Source: an uncultured Actinomycetota bacterium (GTDB lineage Bacteria > Actinomycetota > UBA4738 > HRBIN12). From it: 64,000 nt of DNA. The DNA lies in contig CAWAPY010000012.1 in NCBI GenBank assembly GCA_963784055.1, forward strand, positions 174,865 to 238,864, given 5' to 3'. Positions 58,393 through 64,000 of this stretch are shown one piece after another. The first letter of the stretch is position 1, and each line of letters opens with the position of its first letter. A model generated the notes under the pieces. The model was not told the origin of the DNA and searched no databases. It saw only the letters and a list, made by a program, of their open reading frames with translations. A program made the position numbers and the translations under genes.

Positions 58393-59136
58393 CTAGATCG
58401 GAGGCCACGGGAACGGGCGATCCGGTCCCGGCTCCGGGAACCGTTCCGTCGCGGCCACCGTCTCCGCGCGGACCGCCAGTGCATCGAGCTCCGCCTCCGC
58501 GAGGAGGTTGGCGAGCTCGTCGCGCACGTGTCCGCGGCGGATCTCGCCGGCCAGGCGGCGCACGTCGGCTCTGGCCCCGTCCTCGAGCGGGTCGCCGATG
58601 AAGTCCCAGATCACCGTTCGGAGCTTCGGCTCGTCGCTGAAGCACACCCCGTGATCCACCAGGAAGACCCGGCCATCCTCTCCCAGCAGGCAATGCCCCG
58701 ATTTCCGGTCCGCGTTGTTGACGACCATGTCGAAGGCAGCGACGCGGCGGAACTCCTCCGGGAACCGCTCGGCGAGGGTGAAGTAGTGCTCCTCGGGATC
58801 GTGCGGGACGAACCGCTGCACCGAGCCCACCCCGTAGGGCCCGTCACGGAGGACGGTGGCGGGCACGTTCGGCCAGCCCAGGGCTCGCGAGACCACGTAG
58901 GCCGCCACCTCGCGGGCGCAGAGCGTCCCTTCCGGGAAGTCCCATAACGGCGCCTCGCCGCGACGGGGCTTGTAGACGGCGAGGAGCTCCTCGTCGGCGC
59001 CCCTGGCACGAGCGAGGAACGTGTGGTTCGACGCGTTCGGCAGCCGACCGAGCACCTCGAGCTCGCCGGCGCCCAGGACGCGAGGGACGGCGGGGTCGCT
59101 CAATCCCGCTTCGAGTGCCCGTTCATCGCGGGACAC
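58393..59136 (-). CDS. SCO1664 family (PI3/4-kinase-like) protein
   Basis: ASN.TF, VYKP..GE.PLWDFPEGTL..REVAAY, NNADRKSGH, VDHGVCF..KLRTV.W. Confidence 0.88.
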   Translation of the reverse strand: MSRDERALEAGLSDPAVPRVLGAGELEVLGRLPNASNHTFLARARGADEELLAVYKPRRGEAPLWDFPEGTLCAREVAAYVVSRALGWPNVPATVLRDGPYGVGSVQRFVPHDPEEHYFTLAERFPEEFRRVAAFDMVVNNADRKSGHCLLGEDGRVFLVDHGVCFSDEPKLRTVIWDFIGDPLEDGARADVRRLAGEIRRGHVRDELANLLAEAELDALAVRAETVAATERFPEPGPDRPFPWPPI

Positions 59137-59675
59137 GCGTGGCCCTCCGCGTCGATCGGGTTGCCGCAGAACTGGCACGTCGGCCGTCCCCGGGCGGCGA
59201 CCTCCGCTCCATGCCGCGAGAGCGCCAGCATCTGGGCGGGCGAGGCCCAGATGCGGATCGATTCCGGCTCCGCTCCCACCTCCGCTCCGAGCACCGACCC
59301 CGGATCGTCCTCGTCCAGCCCCTCGGGATCGGGCCGGAACTCCTCGACCTCCAAGAGGAAGAGGTCGCGATCCTGGTCGAAGCCGATCGACAGGCGGCCT
59401 GCTCGCCAGCGCGGATCGATCGGCTCCTCGAGGGACATCGCCGATCCCTCCGGGGCGGGCGCTCCGGCGGTCCCGGTCCCGAGCTCCGTGACCAGCTCGG
59501 CGCTGGGGACGTCCTCCAACAGCTCGAGCACGGAGGCGGCCAGCAGCTGCACCTGTTGCTTCTCCACGATCACGGTGACGAGCTCGAGACCCGCCCGTGC
59601 CTGGATGTAGAAGACACGGGCTCCCGGCTCTCCGACGGCGTCTGTGGTGATGCGATCGACCGGTCCCAGGTCCAT
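59100..59675 (-). CDS. DUF3090 family protein
   Basis: AVGEPGARVFYIQA..EKQQV, GRPTCQFCGNPID..GHACP..NGH. Confidence 0.88.
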   Translation of the reverse strand: MDLGPVDRITTDAVGEPGARVFYIQARAGLELVTVIVEKQQVQLLAASVLELLEDVPSAELVTELGTGTAGAPAPEGSAMSLEEPIDPRWRAGRLSIGFDQDRDLFLLEVEEFRPDPEGLDEDDPGSVLGAEVGAEPESIRIWASPAQMLALSRHGAEVAARGRPTCQFCGNPIDAEGHACPAMNGHSKRD

Positions 59676-59679
59676 CGAC

Positions 59680-60399
59680 CTATCCTCGCAGCTTCCCCTT
59701 GTGAGCGACCCCTCCGCCGCCGCCGCCGGTGCGTGCCCGGGCCCGAGGAGAAGCCTTCCCGCCCTTCCGGGGCGCAGGCGCGAACCGTAGGAGGCTTCCG
59801 GTGTCGTTCACCAACAAGATCCGGGGAAGGCCGGCGCCGAGGTGCACCACGGACACGGAGGCGGTATCCACCGTGACTCGTTGGAACTGGTCGAGGTGCG
59901 CGCCCGCGTAGTGGGACACGAGCATCCCGACGAGATCACCGTGGGTACCGACGACGACACGGCCGCGAGGGTGTCGTGCAACGATCCGTTCGATCTCGTC
60001 GAGGAGGCGTGCTTCTGCGTCCACGAAGCTCTCGCCGGAAGGGAACTGGAAGCGAGACGGGCTGCGCTGCACCGTGTCCCAGAGCTTCGTGCGCCTGAGG
60101 GACGGTAGGGTACGGCCCGTCCAATCGCCCGCGTCCATCTCGATCAGCGCATCGGAGGTGCGCATCTCGAGCCGGCGGGCCGTCGCGAGTGGCTCCAGTG
60201 TCTCGACGCAGCGTTCGAGGGGGCTCGAGTAGATCGCGCTGAGCCGAACGCCCGCGAACCGCTCGACGAGCGCGGCCGCCTGCCGGTGGCCGCGCTCGTC
60301 CAGGTGGATCCCCTTCGTGCGGCCGTACAGGCGCGATCCCGTCACGGCCGTGAGGCCGTGACGGACGAGGAAGAGGGTGGTCATGGCGTCGGGGAGCAT
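59680..60399 (-). CDS. Histidine phosphatase (MSMEG_4193-type phosphomutase)
   Basis: LVRHG, SSPLERC.ET, E.D.GDWTG, HGD, HLDQFQR; conserved DUF3090-SCO1664 synteny. Confidence 0.85.
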   Translation of the reverse strand: MLPDAMTTLFLVRHGLTAVTGSRLYGRTKGIHLDERGHRQAAALVERFAGVRLSAIYSSPLERCVETLEPLATARRLEMRTSDALIEMDAGDWTGRTLPSLRRTKLWDTVQRSPSRFQFPSGESFVDAEARLLDEIERIVARHPRGRVVVGTHGDLVGMLVSHYAGAHLDQFQRVTVDTASVSVVHLGAGLPRILLVNDTGSLLRFAPAPRKGGKASPRARARTGGGGGGVAHKGKLRG

Positions 60400-60423
60400 A
60401 CGAGGACCGAGCGGGAGGGCTGC

Positions 60424-61574
60424 TCAGCCGGTCGGCGACGCCGGGAACGTGACCAGGAACGTCGTCCCGCTCCCCAGCTCGCTCTCGACATGGATCCTTC
60501 CTGAGTGGTTCTCCGTCACATGCTTCACGATCGCGAGGCCGAGCCCCGTCCCTCCGGTCTCTCGCGAGCGCGCGCGATCCACGCGGTAGAAGCGCTCGAA
60601 GATCCTCGGCACGTCCTTGGAAGGGATCCCCACACCTGAGTCGCTCACCCGGAGGAGCACCTCGCCGTCCATGGTCTCCACCTCGACCCGGACGTGTCCC
60701 CCTTCCTGGCTGTAACGGATCGCGTTGTCCACGAGGTTCCGGACGAGTAACGCGAGATCGCCCTGGATCCCCGCACGGGTGGCACGTCGGCCGCCACACC
60801 CTCGAGCGCCACGCCGGCTCGCTGCGCCGATGCGTCGAGGCGCTGGATCTCCTCCCGGACGACGGTCCCGAGCGAGACGAGATCGTCGAGCGCGCTTCCG
60901 GATTCGAGCCTCGAGAGGTCGAGCAGGTCGGCGACGATCCTGGAGAGCCGTACGGCTTCCCGCTCCAGTTGCGACGCGAAGTGGGGGATCGCTTCCGGGT
61001 CCTCCCTCGTTGCCCGGAGCAGGGTTTCGGCCGTCACCTGGATGGTCGCGGCGGGCGTCTTCAGCTCGTGCGAAGCGTTCGCGACGAAGTCCCTTCGTAC
61101 CGACTCGAGGCGTCGTTGCCGGGTGACGTCCCGGACGACGACGAGGGTAGCTCCGTCCGCCGTGGGGGTAACGGTCCCGCGGAGCCATCGAGGCGGGACG
61201 CCCGTCTCGACAAGGACCGACGTGGGCGCGTCGCCTTCGCGCGAATCCTCGATCGCCGCGCGGAGCGCGAGCGGAAGCACGGTCTCGACAGAGGTGGGTT
61301 CGGGGAGCAAGAGTTGGCCGACCGCTGCGTTCGAGAAGACCACCGCACCGTCCCGCCCGATCAACAGGATGCCGTCCTCCATCGTCGACAGGACCAAGTC
61401 GCGGACCTCGCGCTCCTCGCGTGCGCCGGCCAGCTGCTCCACCGTGGTCGCTTCCGCCCGATCGGCTCGCTGGCTCTGGCGCGATGCCGAAAGGACCGCC
61501 CGGCGCCACCCGATCGCCGCGCCGGCGGCGACCGAGACAGCGGCGGCCGCTCCCACGATCGCCGCGATCTCCAC
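60424..61574 (-). CDS. SenX3/PhoR-like sensor histidine kinase, frameshift near 60768
   Basis: One TM, PAS-like region, H-box DFVANASHELKTP, NLVDNAIRY, FERFYRVD.ARSRETGGTGLGLAIVKH. Confidence 0.88.
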
Positions 61575-61613
61575 GGGCGGCAGTGTAGGCGCGCGTGCGC
61601 GCTCGCCGAGGCG

Positions 61614-61646
61614 GTTCTCACATCGTTCACCTGAAGGCCACCCCGC
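61614..61646. promoter_or_regulatory. PHO-box-like 11-nt direct repeats, kinase side
   Basis: GTTCTCACATC GTTCACCTGAA GGCCACCCCGC. Confidence 0.65.
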
Positions 61647-61686
61647 GAGCCGCCGCACGCGGATCGGGGCCTTTGGCTCCGGGATG

Positions 61687-61730
61687 GTTCATCTGCCGTT
61701 CATCCGGGAGCCACGGTCCCGTCAACCGTC
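61687..61730 (+). promoter_or_regulatory. PHO-box-like 11-nt direct repeats upstream of pstS
   Basis: GTTCATCTGCC GTTCATCCGGG AGCCACGGTCC CGTCAACCGTC. Confidence 0.7.
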
Positions 61731-61787
61731 ACACCTAGCATCGCGACGGCGCCCGGATCCGGGGCCGAGCCGACAAGGGGGAGACGG

Positions 61788-62807
61788 ATGGTGGGGTGGA
61801 AGCCGCGCGTGGCCATGGTGGCAGGTGTCGTGACGCTCGCGATCGTCGCAGCGGCATGTGGTGGTGACGGAGGAGACGGGGACGTTCCCCAGGGGCTCAC
61901 CGGATCGATCGCGATCTCCGGGTCGTCGACCGTCGAGCCGATCTCCTCACTGGTGGCGGAGCTCTTCAACGAGAGCAACCCGGACGTCGAGATCTCCGTC
62001 GACGGACCCGGGACAGGGGATGGGTTCGAGCTCTTCTGCCAGGGTGAGACGGATATCTCCGACGCGTCACGGCAGATCGACGAGGAGGAGATCGCTGCCT
62101 GTGAGAGCGCCGGGGTCGAGTACCAGGAGCTCGAGGTGGCCCTCGACGGCATCACGGTGATGGTGAATGCGGCGAGCCAGATCGAGTGCCTCTCGAGCGC
62201 GGACCTCTACGCGATCTTCGGACCGGCGTCAGCGGGGATCGACTCCACCTCCGATGCGAACGCGCTCTCTGCCCAGGTGGGCGGGACGGGAGACCTCCCG
62301 GCACAGGACCTCGAGATCACGGCGCCCGGCGATGAATCGGGCACGTACGACGCGTTCATCGAGCTCTCGGGCATCCCGGATCTCGCCGTGGGCAACGGGG
62401 TCGCCGAAGAGGATGCGGAGGCGTTGCGAGGCGACTACCAGTCCTCCGGGAACGACAACGTGATCATCCAGGCGATGGAGGGAAGCCCCAATGCCATCGG
62501 GTTCGTGGGATTCGCGTTCGCGGAAGAGGCCGGGGACCAGGTCCGGGAGGTGGGCATCGACGCGGGTGACGGGTGCATCGTGCCGACGACCGAGACGATC
62601 GCCGACGGGAGCTACCCCCTGTCGCGCTCCCTGTACATCTATCCCAACGTCGAAACGGCTGCGGAGGAAGAGGCCGTGAAGGCGTACATCGACTACTACC
62701 TGACGGAGGAGGGCTTGGGCGCCGTGGTCGAGGAGGCTCGATACATCCCGTTGCCCGTGGATCGTCAGGATGCCACCCGGACCGCGTGGGCGTCGGCGGT
62801 CTCGTGA
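61788..62807 (+). CDS. pstS: Phosphate ABC transporter substrate-binding lipoprotein
   Basis: Lipobox AAAC; SGSSTVEP, GTGDGF, DASR, SGTYDAF, YPLSRSLYIY. Confidence 0.93.
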   Translation: MVGWKPRVAMVAGVVTLAIVAAACGGDGGDGDVPQGLTGSIAISGSSTVEPISSLVAELFNESNPDVEISVDGPGTGDGFELFCQGETDISDASRQIDEEEIAACESAGVEYQELEVALDGITVMVNAASQIECLSSADLYAIFGPASAGIDSTSDANALSAQVGGTGDLPAQDLEITAPGDESGTYDAFIELSGIPDLAVGNGVAEEDAEALRGDYQSSGNDNVIIQAMEGSPNAIGFVGFAFAEEAGDQVREVGIDAGDGCIVPTTETIADGSYPLSRSLYIYPNVETAAEEEAVKAYIDYYLTEEGLGAVVEEARYIPLPVDRQDATRTAWASAVS

Positions 62808-62862
62808 TCGACGGTCGGCGACGGGATGAACGCCGCGGTAGCGGCGCTCATCCCCCGGCACC

Positions 62863-63834
62863 GTGGCGATAGGCTCCGATCCGATGGCCACCGTCGCGAC
62901 CGGCCCCCGGGACGGCGTCCTGTCCTCCCTGCGCGGGAACCCGCGGCGGCGGCGCAAGGAGACGGTGATCCACGGGCTCCTCGCGGCGGCAGCGGGCCTC
63001 TCGATCCTGGTCAGCGTCGGGATCGTCCTCGCCCTGCTCTTCCGGGCCCTCGACTTCCTCGCGGACGTCGACCTGCAGGAACTCTGGTCCGGGACATGGC
63101 GCCCCCGCCAGGGGCAGTTCGATCTCGTGTCGCTGTTCCTCGGGTCGCTGGTCGTCACGGGGATCGCGATGCTCGTGGCGACACCGCTCGGTCTGGGCGC
63201 GGCGATCTACCTCGCCGAGTACGCGCGACCGAGGGCTCGGCGGATCCTGAAGCCGATCCTCGAGACCCTCGCGGGCATCCCGAGTGTGGTGATCGGCTTC
63301 TTCGCGCTGACGGTCATCAATCCGGTCCTCGTGCAAGGGCTGTTCGGTGGGACCCACTCGTTCACGATGATGGCCGCCGGGATCGGGGTGGGGATCCTGA
63401 CGCTGCCGTTGGTGGCATCGGTGGCAGAGGACGCTATGTACGCCGTGCCCGGCGCGCTCCGCGAAGCCGCCTACGGGATCGGCGCGCGCCCCCGAACCGT
63501 GACGCTCCGCGTCGTGTTCCCGGCCGCCATCTCCGGGATCGTCGCTGCGCTGATCCTCGGGATCTCTCGCGCGCTCGGCGAGACGATGGTGGTCGCGATC
63601 GCCGCGGGAGCCACGGGCAACGCGAGCCGTACCCTGGATCCGCTCGAGCCGAACCAGACCCTCACTGCCGCGATCGCGTCGCTCGCGATCGGATCCGACC
63701 AGGTGAAGACGGCCGGCTCCGGGCTCAACGCCTTCGAGGTGCTCTACGTCGTGGGCTTGGTCCTGTTCCTGTTCACGTTCCTGTTGAACGTCGCCAGCGA
63801 GCGATTCGTGCGTCGTGTTCGGAGGTTCCACTGA
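62863..63834 (+). CDS. pstC: Phosphate ABC transporter permease PstC
   Basis: AAIYLAEYA, LAGIPSVV.GFFAL, LREAAYGIGA, SRALGETM. Confidence 0.93.
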   Translation: MAIGSDPMATVATGPRDGVLSSLRGNPRRRRKETVIHGLLAAAAGLSILVSVGIVLALLFRALDFLADVDLQELWSGTWRPRQGQFDLVSLFLGSLVVTGIAMLVATPLGLGAAIYLAEYARPRARRILKPILETLAGIPSVVIGFFALTVINPVLVQGLFGGTHSFTMMAAGIGVGILTLPLVASVAEDAMYAVPGALREAAYGIGARPRTVTLRVVFPAAISGIVAALILGISRALGETMVVAIAAGATGNASRTLDPLEPNQTLTAAIASLAIGSDQVKTAGSGLNAFEVLYVVGLVLFLFTFLLNVASERFVRRVRRFH

Positions 63835-64000
63835 TGGCGCTCACGGCGAGTGCGGCGACCCGCTCGACGGTGGAGCTCGCCCTTCGAGGGAACCGGCGCG
63901 ATGTCGGAGGACGGATCTTCTCCGGCGCCCTCCTCCTCACGCTCCTCCTCTCCCTCCTGATCCTCCTCGTCCTGCTCGGATCCGTTGTCGCCGACGCCTG
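63834..64000 (+). CDS. pstA: Phosphate ABC transporter permease PstA, N-terminus (runs off the window edge)
   Basis: ATG overlaps the pstC stop; open frame with a first TM helix. The call rests mainly on operon position. Confidence 0.7.
   Translation, partial: MALTASAATRSTVELALRGNRRDVGGRIFSGALLLTLLLSLLILLVLLGSVVADA

Noticed and set aside
1-64000. CRISPR array, rRNA, transposase, prophage or defence genes
   Set aside because: No regularly spaced repeats or matching protein motifs were found by eye.

Overview
High-GC (roughly 70%, by eye), gene-dense window from a monoderm Actinomycetota bacterium. The assignment is inferred from marker genes such as DUF501/Ppx, SCO1664, DUF3090, an MSMEG_4193-type phosphomutase, a SenX3-like kinase and LigC/Prim-PolC. 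About 20 genes are broken by 1-bp indels, many next to GATC, which points to long-read consensus errors rather than true pseudogenes. Housekeeping blocks: S1 protein, DUF501::Ppx fusion, cyclophilin, adenosine deaminase, tRNA-Leu(UAA), a MoxR/DUF58/RDD/SpoIIM cluster, class I aldolase, CocE hydrolase, PhoX-like phosphatase, ligC with Prim-PolC, pheA, rhomboid, ogt, and senX3 divergent from pstSCA with PHO boxes. The most interesting part is a ~24 kb block (29.3-53.5 kb). It holds a surface-glycan module (UDP-glucose dehydrogenase, UDP-xylose synthase, GT2-methyltransferase, three GT-C-like membrane proteins, a Tat-exported DUF362 protein paired with a prenyltransferase-fold protein, and a spermidine-synthase-like methyltransferase). 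It also holds three kinase-less pseudo-receiver NarL/LuxR regulators, two duplicated flp pilin cassettes with a structured leader and TACGT-N6-ACGTA boxes, and a Tad pilus operon. A sigma28/WhiG-like promoter motif (TCAAG/TCAGG/TGAAG-N15-GCCGATA/G) recurs before tadE, cpaB, the first regulator and the glycan genes, and also before a distant orphan type IVa pilin and an L,D-transpeptidase. Together this suggests a sigma28 to atypical response regulator to glycosylated-pilus cascade. No CRISPR array, rRNA, transposase or integrase was seen. All family calls come from motif recognition by eye; no database search was run.
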